A stretch of 64,000 bases of DNA from assembly GCA_964016885.1 (NCBI GenBank), contig OZ024742.1, forward strand, positions 293,260,001 to 293,324,000, read 5' to 3'. The stretch is from Eledone cirrhosa. Its lineage: Eukaryota. Both the position numbers and the translations under genes were made by a program. Below, one piece after another: positions 49,627 through 63,210 of the stretch; the stretch's first letter is position 1, and each line of letters starts with the position of its first letter. The notes beneath the pieces are model-generated. The model was not told the DNA's origin. It did no database searches and was given only the letters and a program-made list of their open reading frames with translations.

Positions 49627-50787
49627 CTATATTTCCTTTATTATAAAGAAATCATTATTTCTACAGTACTGCCTTGTGCCTAAATCAGAAACCATTATTT
49701 CTGCAGTACAGCCCCTGGCTATCTCTATTTCTAGATCTGTATATTTGGATAGTGTTTTCTTCCCATTTCTTTCACAGTGTGATATATTGATTAGAAGATG
49801 CCTTAGTCACCATTCCTCTAGTGTTTGACAATAATATGTGAGGTATTGTTCACCTTCATTTCTTTGTGATCTGTGCAAACCAGCATATTTTTCTTTTAGT
49901 AAAGTTACTTTGTTCTTCTTCTGTATAACTTTATAGTAGATATCTTGTATAACCATCTCTTCTTGCTGGCCATTCTATTCTAATATCAGTGTTTTCTAGT
50001 GTATTGTTGATATATTCTGTCTCGGTCAAGACTAAGAAGAAACAATCAATGTCATTGTTTCTTTACATCCTTCACAAATTCAACACCTACTTATATTTTG
50101 CTTTGTTACAAGTTTTTGTCGTTTCTAGAGGGAAGTTCAACACAGCATGGCCGAATGGTTAAGAAGTTGTATTCACAATCATAAAGTTCTTAGTTTGAAC
50201 CAATTCATGACAACTAGGGAAAGTAACTTTTTCTATAGTCTCTGGTTGACACAAATTATGTGAGTGAAATTAGGTAGATAGAAGCTGATTGGGAGCACAT
50301 CAGATGGACTGTACCTGTATTTCAAAGGTCTAGCCATATCACAATGTGTCCTGCTGAGTGGGTCTTAGAATTCTTAATATTTGATGAGGATAGTTCTTAA
50401 TGTCTTGTACCACATGAAACTGCATTGGCAAGCTATTCTTAAAAAGTAAAAAAAAAAAATAAAAATAAAAAACAAACCCCAGTAAATATTTTTTATTCTA
50501 ATACAGCCAATTTTTAGAGCAATCTCTCCAGCAGTAAAGATACTATAAACATTTGAATTAATAAACCCATCTTTATAATGCTTCATGTATCAGATGGTTT
50601 AATAAATACTGTGTATTTGGTTTAGAGTAAATACACCATCACCTTGTGTCCTAAGAGACAACTAAAAATGTAGACATCCGGCTGTAAAACATTGCTTCAA
50701 AAAGGATACCATGATGAGCATGAAGCATGTCATAGGACCTGCATGACTAACCCCTGTTTTGCTGGGAAAATAGCCGTAAAACACTTA

Positions 50788-50853
<66 letters not shown>

Positions 50854-52550
50854 CGTGCTGCATTGATGTATGCTGCTAATTTCAAGCCTGGTATTGTAGA
50901 TAAGTCTCCAGCTATAAAACTACTCCAAGATATTCATTGTATGCTACAATGGAAAATAAAGATGTTAAAAATAGAATTTTGAGTGTATTAATGGCAACCT
51001 TTCAAGAACATTTATGTGGTTTGAATTCAGTATGTGTCTTGACGTAGCTCTAAACATGAAATTGTTAATTGCTAAAGTAGCTATTGACCTAAGAAAGGAA
51101 ATTTAGAATCCTGGAAGAAATTTTGACTGTGCTTAAGCCACAGTCATGTCAAAATGAGTCATTTAGTTGTAACTTATTTGATTAAAGCGTAAAGTATTTA
51201 AAAATAATTGTTGATAATGTTCTATGGACTATTATAACCATTATTGTTTTTATACTTACTGAATACTTGTGCTTACTAGTAATATGGTGATAATAATGGC
51301 ACTTGTTTTCATAAATCTTTATTAACCCTTTCATGGTGATAGTTCTAATAGAAAACACTCTATTTCAATTAAATGAAGAATTACTATTTCATTACTTAGA
51401 TATTATTTAATTACTTAACATATGGTTTTTATATAAAATTATGTTGGAAGGTTTTAATTTAAATAGGAACCCTTTAAACTGGGAGGCTTCATTTCATAGA
51501 ACCAGATCCAGTTTTGGCTAGGTTAGCATCAAAACATTTAAAGAAATTTTATATTTGAGAAACTTTGATTAAATGCAATTTTTTCATTAAAATATTATTG
51601 TGTATATTTCACTTCATCAATCCTCCTCCTCCCCACCTCTCTTCATCCCCCACCTCTACTCCTCTGCATCCTCATCAATATGTGTGTGGGATAAAAAGGA
51701 CTGAAAAATAACTTATAAAAAAAAAGTTGCAGTTATTTTTCTAAAAAATGTGGGTGCAAAAACTGCATACAATTAAGTACCAAAATCTGTCCTGGGTTTG
51801 AACGAACACACTTGCATACACATGCTCACTGGCAAATGAGCATGTAGGGCTGGCTTGTCACGTTAGTATTCACTCTATATGAATATCAGTGTCGGAAACA
51901 AATATAACATTGATGATGCCTTCTGTAAAAACAAAAATGATTTCCATATGTGTAAAACATATGCATAAAACATATGCATAGTTTTCTATCAGCTATTAGA
52001 TGTTACATAGATTATCAGTCAGTCATGAGAAGCTATTTAAAAGCACAAGTTAATCTGTTCATTTTGGGCATAACACACATTGCTAAGATATCTATGCTTT
52101 GGGTCTTTGCTAGACTGCACAGGCAATATTTTGGAGTATTTAAGATAAATATTTTTTCTTTTCTTTTTGTTTAAACACACTGTAAATATGGTTGGCATTA
52201 AGAAGGGCATCCAGCTGTAGAAACCAAGTCAAAATCAGTTCTTGTGTGAGCAAAACACAGTCCCCTGACCTAATCTCTCACAAAGGGGAAGCCCATCCTA
52301 CCTATGCTAGCATGGAAAATGGATGTTAAATGATGATGATGGTAATGATGATGATAACTGCAAGTGATGTTGCAAACAGCATTTACAAAAAGCATCATGT
52401 GACACTTGTATATGCCAAAAACTGAAACCAAATATAAACACAAAAGAGGGTGTGACTTGTCCAACACTGAGTGTATCATCTCAACGTTGACTTTTATATA
52501 GGTCAAAGGTAGAAACTAAAATATTATAAATAGACAGTGTGGTGGGACTT

Positions 52551-53114
52551 ATGAAAGTCGATAGCTGTATAACAAAGTGCAGGGCAATAAAGATAGACGG
52601 TAGCCACGGAATAGGCAGACCTAGAAAAACCTGGGACGAGCTGATAAACTCCGACCTCACACACTTACACCTCACCAAGACAATGTCACTGGACCGAGAC
52701 CTTTGGCGGTACTCAGTAACAGAGAAGACCCGCCTTACCTAAATACATAGTAAAACCTACTACAGCCAGTAGGCATCTCTAACAAAATACACCCCGTCCC
52801 ACCACACCACCCCGTTCTATGTAAAGTTATGTTGGTGCCGCGCCATCCAGGCCGAAACAAATGAGATTGTGTAGGTGTCACGACAAAAAAACACACAGTC
52901 CACGCTGTAATGTGGCCGTGTAGGCAACATGGTAAAAACCTCCCAGACCCACACTGTAAATGTGGTTGGTGTTAGGAAGGGCATCCAACTGTAGAAAACC
53001 TGCCAGATAGTCCTATGCGAGCAAGACAATCACTCTTGCCTCAAGTGGGACTACCCCCGTCCAAACCCATGCAAGCGTGGAACACGGACGCTAAACGTTG
53101 ATGATGATGATGAT
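52551..53114 (+). mobile_element. RTE family B 3' fragment
   Basis: Near-identical to 19041-19634 (MKVDSCITKCRAIK...KTRLT*, 3' UTR, (GAT)n tail). Confidence 0.93.
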
Positions 53115-53118
53115 ACAC

Positions 53119-54095
53119 AACAACTAGAAATTGATTAACATATAAATAAACATATGAAACAATCACAGGGGATTATTTTTACAAGTGTGTAAACACACAT
53201 AGCTAGGTAGGTAACTAAATAAAGTTAACTAGAACTTCAAAAATAGATACCTTATAATATAATTAATCTTCCCTGTATATATTCCATTAAAGAAATATAT
53301 TTCACCAATTAATCGAATGGTAAACCACGGATGCCGATACTTGGATTTTCAACAAGGAAGAAGTCCAGCTGTCCTGTGTTTACGCATTAAGTTCAAATCA
53401 GCGACTGGCCAGTAACACGTGCTGTATCTACTAAAAATAGACACATTATACCAGCTTCGTCCCAGTGGCGTGATTAGGGTTATTGAAAACTAGAAACAGC
53501 AGTCAAGTACTTTCAACAGAGTTAGCTCTACAATTAAGGAGCCGTATTTATATATCTATATCCAAAATTAAGATAAATCAAAATGAATTTAATCTAAATC
53601 AAAATTATGGGTGTCATGCCACAAGGCATGCACCATATCACCCGTAAAATAAGCTCCAAGATTCTAATGAATAGGTCTGAACTTAATGCGTAAACACAGG
53701 ACAGCTGGACTTCTTCCTTGTTGAAAATCCAAGTATCGGCATCCGTGGTTTACCATTCGATTAATTGGTGAAATATATTTCTTTAATGGAATATATACAG
53801 GGAAGATTAATCATATTATAAGGTATCTATTTTTGAAGTTCTAGTCAACTTTATTTAGTTACCTATCTAGCTATGTGTGCTTACACACTTGTAAAAATTA
53901 TCCCCTGTGATTGTTTCATATGTTTATTTATATGTTAATCAATTTCTAGTTGTTATAAAATGCTCGGACCTATTCATTAGAATCTTGGAGCTTATTTTAC
54001 GGGTGATATGGCACATGCCTTGTGGCATGACACCCATAATTTTGATTTAGATTAAATTCATTTTGATTTATCTTAATTTTGGATATAGATATATA
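53119..54095. repeat. Interleaved double inverted repeat P-M-Q-P'-Q'
   Basis: P (53119-53395) is the reverse complement of 53678-53954 (277 bp). Q (53549-53677) is the reverse complement of 53967-54095 (129 bp). Few mismatches; the ends are in TA-rich runs. Confidence 0.9.
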
Positions 54096-54343
54096 TACAC
54101 ATACATACATACACACACATATAGATACACTGTTTCCATGTTTCTCATTTCTGCATCTGATATGAGACATCTGAGATCTGTTTTAACTACCACTTTCTTG
54201 GTATTCATATTTTGCATGTCCAATATTACATTTTTTTTTATTATTGCCAAAACTGTTCTCATGCACATCAATGAATACTTTTGATACCCAAGCACATTTT
54301 CAATTCTGTTGAAGTATGTATTTTATATCTAATAGATCTTACT

Positions 54344-54768
54344 TAACTCTTTAGCATTTACATTACTCTATATTTACTATTGTATTTTTGTGATAAAGGC
54401 TTTATCTCACATAATTATCCCACATAATATCGAATCTAAGATTTTGATATTATTTATTTTGAGAACGGTGAATTGGCAGTATCGGTAGAGGGTTGGACGC
54501 CATGCTTTCTAGCATAGTTACGTCCCTTTACAGTCTGAGTTCAAATCCCACCGAGGTTAACTTTGCCTTTCATCCTTACGGGGTCGATAAAATAAAGTAC
54601 CAGTAATGTACTGGGTAATTGCTGGCCTTGCGCCTAAAGTAGAAACAATTATTTATTTTGAGAACAATACCTTAACATCAGTATGAGCAGCTGGTTACGT
54701 CTGGTTTGAACAGAAAGAGGTGAGAGAACTCTGGCTGGATATGGCCGGTTTAAATGCTAAAGGGTTAA
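54344..54768 (-). mobile_element. MITE family 1 copy split by a SINE insertion
   Basis: MITE halves flank the SINE at 54467-54647; 18-bp TSD attatttattttgagaac at 54449-54466 and 54648-54665. Confidence 0.88.
54467..54647 (+). mobile_element. tRNA-derived SINE, young short subfamily
   Basis: A-box-like TGGCAGTATCGG, B-box GAGTTCAAATCC, central gcctttcatccttacggggtcgataaaataaagtaccag; perfect 18-bp TSD. Confidence 0.88.
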
Positions 54769-56643
54769 TCAACTCCTTTACAATAATGTCACATCCTTTA
54801 TTAGTTCATGTAATATTTTTTCTTCAGTAGCAATTGAAAAATACTGTTGCTCTGCCAGGATAAAAGCCTTGATTGGCTACACTTGTGATTAAAGTCATCA
54901 TAAACCATTCTGATGTTTTCAACATTACCTTAGTTGTATTTTACACCATCTCTTGTATAATATTTATAGCTGGGTTTCTGTTTTCCTCTCTAGGTTTACT
55001 ATTTTCTATGTAGTTTTTTATCAGAAAACTGTCAATTAACCCTTTATCATTTTTCAAAGTGAGTCATATACTTTATAAAATATTGTTATACCTAGATTAA
55101 ATTTATCTTAGATCTAATATGCGCTGCATTAACATCATTTTCTACCTATTTTCCATACTGGCATGGGTTGGATAGGTTGTCATGGTTCAAGACTTGATTA
55201 GTCAGAAAACCACATCATGCTCATATGTTCTATATTTGATTTGGTTTCTATGGCTGGATACTCTTCCTAATGCCAACCATTTTACAGTGTGTACTGGGTG
55301 AATTTTATCATGACATCAACGCTACTTCTTTACAGAGTGTACAGGATGCATTTTATTCTGGCATTTACATTAGAGAACTTGTCATGTACTTGGCAAAACT
55401 GAAGAGCTCTCTCTAGCCTATAATGCCTCTGTTCAATTGTCAACAACTTTACATAGTATACAGGGAACATTTTATCATAGTATCAACACTAGAGAGGTTG
55501 CCTTATCCATGACAGGTGTAAAAAAATATTTATTTGTAATCTGAATGAATGTACAAATTGAAATAGTAAAATTGTAAACACAACTTGTCTATGTTCTAAT
55601 TGCCATCAAGTTTTTTGCCTTTTTAGATATAAATTTTCAATTAATTTTCTTTTCCTGGAAACCCCTTTAGCTATTCCATACAAAATCATAAGATCAATTT
55701 GAATCATGTTCATTGCCTAGGAGAGTAACAGGATAGATTACTATAAGAATTTAAATAAACATTCTTGAAGAAAAACGCTCAACTACTATCACTGAATCAC
55801 ATTTAAAAAATTAGTCTTTACTCTAATACAGCAAATTTTTACACTATTAAATATTTGAATAAACTAGCTTTTTTAAAGATATTTTCTGCTAAGTCATTAC
55901 AGGATTTTAAGAGTTAAGTATAGGTGGCAAATTGGCAGAGTTGTTAGAGTATTGGATAGAATGTCTTATCTGTTCAGGTTCACTGTGCTCTGAGTTCAAA
56001 TCCCACCAATGTCAACTTTGCCTTTCATCCTTTTGGGGTTGATAAAGTACCAGGTTAGGGTGTTGAGCTCATGATCATAAACTTATCAGTTCAATTCCTG
56101 GACTAGGCAGCTGGTTATGTTTTGAAACAAAACATTTCATTTCATCGTGCTTTACATGATAGAGCTGAAACCCCTATCATTAAAACACTTGTGAAGCCTT
56201 GTATGAGATAGGCAGACAACACTTGACTGAGAGTACTCATTTCTCATAAGAATGAAAGCATTTTAGAGCACTTGTTTCCCTCCTCCTCTTTTATTTTACA
56301 TTTGTATCCCATGAATTCTAAAGAAATATTTTAGAATGTTTTTGACAGATCATAGCATTTGTGTGCTAGATGGACAGTTGTTGTAATATAGATTATTTTT
56401 GTTAGTTGAGCCTAATCTTAAATGCTTAATATTTTGTGTGGTTTTTGAAACAAAATTCTGTTTACAATATAAAAATAAAAAACAAAACAAAACAAAAATA
56501 AAGATGAAAGCTGGTAAAATATATTTAAAACTTTCTGTAAAGTATCTATGTATGTTTTGTGAATAGGATATTTGTTTTTAGCGAGATATCTATGTATATA
56601 ATCAATCAAATCTAAGGTTTCACTTATTGATCTGTACTTACAG

Positions 56644-56715
56644 CTCGAGACAAAGGACAAATAAGCAGGATTAAAAAGTTGAAGAGAAGAATATCTGCTA
56701 GTTTTGGACGTTTGA
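56644..56715 (+). CDS. CDK14: Internal coding exon (72 nt, phase 1-1) of a PFTAIRE-type cyclin-dependent kinase (CDK14/Eip63E-like), N-terminal region
   Basis: Acceptor ...ctgtacttacAG at 56642-56643 and donor GTAAGT at 56716. The open frame gives (x)RDKGQISRIKKLKRRISASFGRL(x), matching the K-L-K/R-R-x-S-x-S-F-G/S-R-L motif I recall from the N-termini of CDK14 and insect Eip63E. Only one exon is seen, so the assignment rests on 23 aa. Confidence 0.72.
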
Positions 56716-59700
56716 GTAAGTATTGCTTCTATTGTCATACAATATTATCATTGTCACTGTTGTCATCCTTATCATCATCATCACTTTTTTGAGGCAGGTT
56801 TTCTCAGGTCATCAACCTGTACTTATATTTTTAGATATAATATGTATAGTGATGGGAAGAGCATCCAGCTGTAGAAACCATGCCAAAATCAGAACATATG
56901 TAAGACATATAGCCCCTGGCCCATCAGGGATGACAGCAGCTCTGAGAAAGTACTGACTTGGTCTATGACGAACTGCCTAACCCATGCCAGTGTAAAAAAA
57001 AAATAGACGTTAAATGATGTTGATGATGATAATACCACTAAGTTGTTCGATGTATTAATTATGCAGGACATAAACAAACATCATTTCTTGGTTTAAATGG
57101 GGTTGATATAAAACTGAATACAAAAAACACACATCACCATCACTGTTTTATATCTATTTTCCATGCTGTCCTGAATTAGATGGGCTTCTTCGTGGTTTCC
57201 ATTTACAAAATACACTCACAAAGCATTGCTCGATCTGAAGCTATAATAGAAGACACTTGCCTCAGGTGCCACAGAGTGAAAAAATGAAATTTTCAACTCA
57301 CACTAATGTATGTTTTGCTGGTCTCTTTCAAAGTTACATCTCTTAGGAGTTACATGGGTTTTTTAATGATAGGGATCACCAGTCTTCATGTAGAGCAATA
57401 TGAAATTAAGTCTCATGCTCAAGAACACATGCTGTTCAGTCCAGGAATCGGATCCATGACCTTACAATTGTGAGCCCAACATTGTAACAACTAGACCATT
57501 TGTGGGATCAAACCTGAAACCATGTAGTTGTGAAACAAATTTATTAACTACATGGTTTTGCTTCCATGTTTTAAATTGCCCCCCCCCCCCCCCCCATATA
57601 GTGAAACTAGACAGTTTGGCTTCTAACATTTCCAAATTCTAACTCAGACAAGTCTCTATAAACTAAAGTCTCATGTGTACCTGCTCTGTAGTGTTGTGGT
57701 AATCTGTGTTTGTAGCATGGTTTCAATCTCTGAGTCAGTTATTTCATTTAACTCACTCCTCATGTTGTTTTACTCTTTTGTGAATATTGTTGTCATTTCT
57801 CACTTACAAAAAATAGGCTCAACTGAAAGTAAAGATTTATTTTAGACATTAGGATAAATATTTTATCCAATTGATAGCTCAATTGAGTTGCTTCTATTTT
57901 GCCTCTTTAGAGTTGGCACCACAATTAAATGCATCCAGTACACTCTGTACAGTGGTTAGTGATCAAATGGAGACAGGATAGAGAGGACTCTTTAATCTTA
58001 TCAAGGATGTGACAACTTCTTTAGATAATAAAATACACCCAGTACACTCTGTAAAGTAGTTGGTAATCAAACAGTGTTGTGCTGAGGGTTTGTCACCCTC
58101 TTCAGTGTTGGTACCACAATAAAATGTACACAGTACATTCTATAAAGTTGTTCGTGTTGGAAGGGCATTCACCTGTAGGAACATATGTGAGATGTGTTTT
58201 TTTTTTACCCATATCTATCTTTGAATAAGAACTCTCTCTGACCATCCAAGCCATGCCAACATAAGAATGGGTTGTACAACGATGATGGTGATAATAATTT
58301 ATCACTTGAATACAAATATCTGAAGTAGCTATTGTGTTATGTATTAAGGCCTGTATCTATTGAGACATTACTAATTTTTCATTTAGTCATTTGCATAGCT
58401 TGAATATACATGCCTTCACATAAAATTATGTCATTAACAGTTATGCAATTAACATATTTTCCATATTAATTAGCTTAGATAATTTGCTCAGACTTGTTCA
58501 GAGATATTTGGACTGTTTCTACATCATACATCTTATCAGCATGCAGAATAGATTTAAAAAGACAAAATATGAACAAAATGTTTATCACTGCATAGCACGT
58601 TTTTTCTAATGTTGTAAGACCATATAAGGTGTTCTTGTCATTTAACTTGTATTTTCTGCAATACTAAATGTAAAACATCAAAATTAGTTAGTTTGTTTTT
58701 GCTTTAACCCTTTCATTACCATATTTTTCAAATCAGTTTGAAAAAAAAATCAAAATTTTGGACAGATTTTGTAATATAACTAACTTTCTCATTCTTTTAT
58801 GTGGAGTTTTATGGTGGAAGGTTAAATAAATATGAGCTTATTAGTGACAACTTCTTTAGTGTTAATGCCATGATATAAAACACACCCAGTACTCTCTTTA
58901 AAGTGGCAGTAGTGGTACCACAAAAAATGCACCCTGTAAAGTGGTTAATGTTAGGAAGAGCATCACACCATAGAAACCATGGAACATATGAGCCAGATGA
59001 GATTGCTCTGATCTGTCCAACTCATGCCAGCTTGGAAAGCAGATGTAAAACGATGATGAAAAACCTTAAAACAAGCATTTTTATTTTGTCAAACCAGGGT
59101 TGCTTTCAAGCCGTTTGGTATCAAAAGTGTTAAAATTAAAACTGGCTTCTGAAAAGAAAAAAAATAACATTACAATAACTAAATGAGTGAAAACACAAAT
59201 AACACAGAAATGGAAATTAAATACAAGTTAAAAAAGGTACAGGGCCCTTAACTCCTGATGGCGTTGCAGGGGTGTTGTCCTGACATACAGCATATCTTGG
59301 ATATTTTAAGCCTGACAGAGCCCACCCCACTTCAGGTCGGAATGCTGTTAAACTTTTCCTGAGAAAGAAAGAGAAAGTGATAAATAGAGATAGGGGATGA
59401 ACCAATCTTAGTACTGAATTAGTACTTTATTTATAGACCTCACAAGGTTGAAAGGCAAAGTTGACCTTGGTGAAATTTGAATGCAGAGCACAGTGAGGCA
59501 TTTTTAATTTGACACTAATGACTGCCAATTTGCTGCCTTACCATATAAGATTCCATGTAATACTGCACTCTCTCAGTTATGCCTTTGTGCATCACTGGTG
59601 ACACTGACATCATCATCATCATCATCATTGTTTTATGTCCATGGAAACTATGCTAAAAAGAGTAGGGAAGACTCTTTAGTCACATGCTGCCATGATAAAA

Positions 59701-59785
59701 AACATCCATTATAAAGTGATGGTCTTTAGGAAGGGCATACTGTCATAAAAACCCTGCCAAACTATGAATGTATGTAAATGAGGGA

Positions 59786-62700
59786 TCATCATCATCATCA
59801 TCATCATCGTTTAACATCCATCTTCCACGCTTGCATGGGTTTGGACGGGAGTTTTCCCATTTGAGGCAAGAGTGATTGTCTTGCTCGCATAGGACTGTCT
59901 GGAGGGTTTTCTACGGCTGGATGCCCTTCCTAACACCAACCACGTTTACAGTGTGGACTGAGAGGTTTTTACCGTGTTACCTACACGGCCACATTACAGC
60001 GTGGACTGTGTGTTTTTTTTGTCGTGACACCTACACGACCTCATTTGTTTCGGCCTGGATGTTGTGGTACCAACATAACTTCACATTGAAAGGGGTGGTG
60101 TGGATGGGGTGGGGGTAGTGGGACGGGGGTGTATTTTTGTTAGAGGTGCCTACTGACTGTAGGTTTCGCTTTGTACTTAGGCAAGGCGGGTCTTCTGTAT
60201 TACTGAGTACCGCCAAAGATCTCTGTCCAGTGACATTGTCTTGGAGAGGTGTAAGTGTGTGAGGTCGGAATTTATCAAGTCGTCCCAGGTTTTTCTGGGT
60301 CTGCCTACTCCGTGGCTACCGTCTATTTTTATTGCCCTGCACTTTTTTATACAGCTGTCGTCTTTCATGCGCATCACGTGACCGTACCAACGTAGTCTTC
60401 TCTCGAGTAAACAACATCTGATTCCTCTTATTCCTAATTTCTCCCTTAGTTCATTTATGCTTTGCCGTTCACGTATATTACTATTACACATCCAACGGGG
60501 CATGCAAGCTTCGTTCCTCTCTAGTCTGCGTATATCCTCTGCACACAATGCCCAGGTCTCACTGCCATGCAACATTGCTGTTCGTATGCAGGCATCATAC
60601 AGCCTGCCTTTCATTTTTAGGGAGAACCCTTTAGCGGCTAATAGTGGTATAAGCTCTCTGAACTTTTTCCATCCAGTTTTGACTCTAGCTACTGTACTTT
60701 CAGAGCACCCTCCCCCACTGCTGATTTTGTCACCCAGGTAACGGAAGGTGTCCACTATTTCTATAGAACCATCTGTGCAATGGAATGAGCTAGTATTCTG
60801 TGGGCACTTGCTGCTACTTATTGCACCTGAGCACCAGCCACATATACAATCTATATTCTTAGTTAGCTTACCTGTGATCCCACTACATCTTTTATGCACC
60901 CATACTTTGTATTTGGGACATAAAATGGAGTTTCTGCCTACTCCTTTCCTACACACTGAGCATGGCCATTTCCCAGATGGGACCAGTGCCCTATTTTCCT
61001 TCCTACAAACTAGAACTTTAGTCTTAGACAGATTAATTTTAAGGCCTTTTGATTCTAGGCCATGCTTCCATGTTTAGAATTTCTTCCCTAGTTCAGCTAT
61101 TGATTCAGCTATGAGTGTTAGATCATCTGTGTATAGAAGTTCCCATGGGTAGCCGGTCTTGAACTCCTCTGTTATAGCCTGAAGGGCAATAATAAATAGA
61201 AGGGTGCTAAGGACGGAGCCCTGATGAACACCAACTTTTACGCTAAACTCTTCACTATATTCGTTGTTAATTCTAACCTTGCTGACTGTTTCTTTATACA
61301 TGGCTTGCATAGCTCTCAAAAGCCATTCATCAACACCTAGTTTTCTAAGGGCCCACCAGATAATCGAGCGGGGTACTCTGTCAAAGGCTTTCTCCAAGTC
61401 AACAAAAGCTAAGTATAGGGGTTTACCTTTAGCTAGGTACTTCTCCTGTAGTTGTCGTACAATGTGAAGAGCGTCTGTGGTACTTTTACCTGACACAAAC
61501 CCGAACTGCATTTCGTCTAGATCAATTCGCTCTCTGATTAGTTGCGCTATTACTTTTTCTGTGACCTTCATGACCTGGTCAATTAATTTAATGCCTCTAT
61601 AGTTTTCCCCTATCTAGGGCATCTCCTTTACCCCTGTAGCAGTTAATGATGATGCTGCTGCGCCAGTCCTTCGGAACGACCCCATTCTGTATGACTTGGT
61701 TTACTATCCGGGTGACCATAGTGTGTCCCACCGTTTCAGATGCTTTCAGCATTTCAGCAACTATTTCCGAAGGCCCAGCCGCCTTGCCCGTCTTTATGTC
61801 TTTGATCACCTTACTTATTATACTACCTTCAACTTGCACTGCTGGTCCCTCTATTGGATCGATGTGGGGGAGACTGTCTTTCTCCCAATTATTCTCCTCA
61901 TTTAGTAGCCTTTCGTAGTGACACTTCCAAGCTACCTTCTTATCAGCGTCAGTGATGGCAAGTACACCATCATCATTAAGGACACACTTCTCCCCGACAA
62001 TATCACGGTTTTCATTGACACATATCCTAGCAATCCTGAACACCTCACGTTTTTGGTCCTCGCGTTGTAGAACATGCTTGAACTTTCTTTCCTCTGCTTC
62101 CCTTCTTGCGAAGTACACTTGTCTCCTAGCTTCCCTCCTGCCCACTTGATAGTCTCCTCTTCTTCCTCCATCCTGCCATGCTTTCCAAGCCTGCTTTTTG
62201 GCCTTGATTGACCCCTCCACCTTACTGTTCCACCACCAAGTTACTCTCCTCCTGCCTATAGGTCTGCTCCAGCCACAGGTTTCATCTGTCACCTTCAGCA
62301 GGTTAGCTTTCAGGAAATCCCACTGTTCCTCTATATTGTATGAATCTAATTGCTCTTCCTTACTATCAAAAGCATCAAGTAATATGCTTTTAAATTTATT
62401 ACTGGCTATGGGGTCCTTTAACTTCCATATTTTTCTCCTGAGGATAGTCCTCTTCTGTTGTCGAGTACGCCTCGTCCTGACTATGAGGTCGCTAATTATG
62501 AGTCTATTTTGAGAGGTGCATTCTTCATGGGTGAGGGATTTAGTGTTTACAACAGACACTCTGTCACGTCTTCTGGTAAGGATATAATCTATCTGGATGG
62601 TGTGTTCCCCTGATCTATAGGTGATCAAGTGATTGTCTCGTTTTTTTAAGTTAGTGTTACAGATAGTTAGGTTATTTGCGTCACAGAATTCCAGGATTCT

Positions 62701-63210
62701 GGAGCCTTCCTCATTTCTAGTACCAAACCCATAGCCTCCATGGATTCCGTCATAGTTGTCACAATGTTGTTCAACGTGATCATTTAGGTCGCCAGCGATA
62801 ACTATGTAGTCACTGTCGGTTATTTGGGAGGTAGTGAGCATTAACGTCTCAAGGGGGGGGGGGTTATCTTAGCCATCCACGGCCGAAATAAAGAAGAGGA
62901 GTCCTTGCATTCTCGTCCGGCAGCATGAGGTGAATTTGTCTTTATCTTTGGCATTGTCACAGAGTGTCCAGATTTTTTCTTTTCAAACTCTCCAGAATTC
63001 CGTAGTCCATCCATCATATCGAAAGGCAACCAGGTAAGTGATAGCATAGGCCGCTGACTTATGATTGGCCCACGTAATAATGATGGGGCGGGTGGGGTAG
63101 TTAGCGAGAAGGTTAAGGTTTAAATAAGATCCCCGTATTTTGGGCATAATTTAACAAGCATAAAAAATACAAGGTTTGTTTTGAAAAATACGATAGAATT
63201 ATCTAATAGA
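59786..63210 (-). pseudogene. Decayed RTE family B LINE (5' UTR, internal deletion in APE, frameshift, stop, (GAT)n tail)
   Basis: ORF pieces 61597-62841, 61074-61571 and 60177-60956 align to the 991-aa ORF. It has YTDD instead of YADD, a premature TAA at 61074, a ~400-bp deletion at the C-run near 62850 and (ATC)n at ~59786-59807. Confidence 0.93.
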
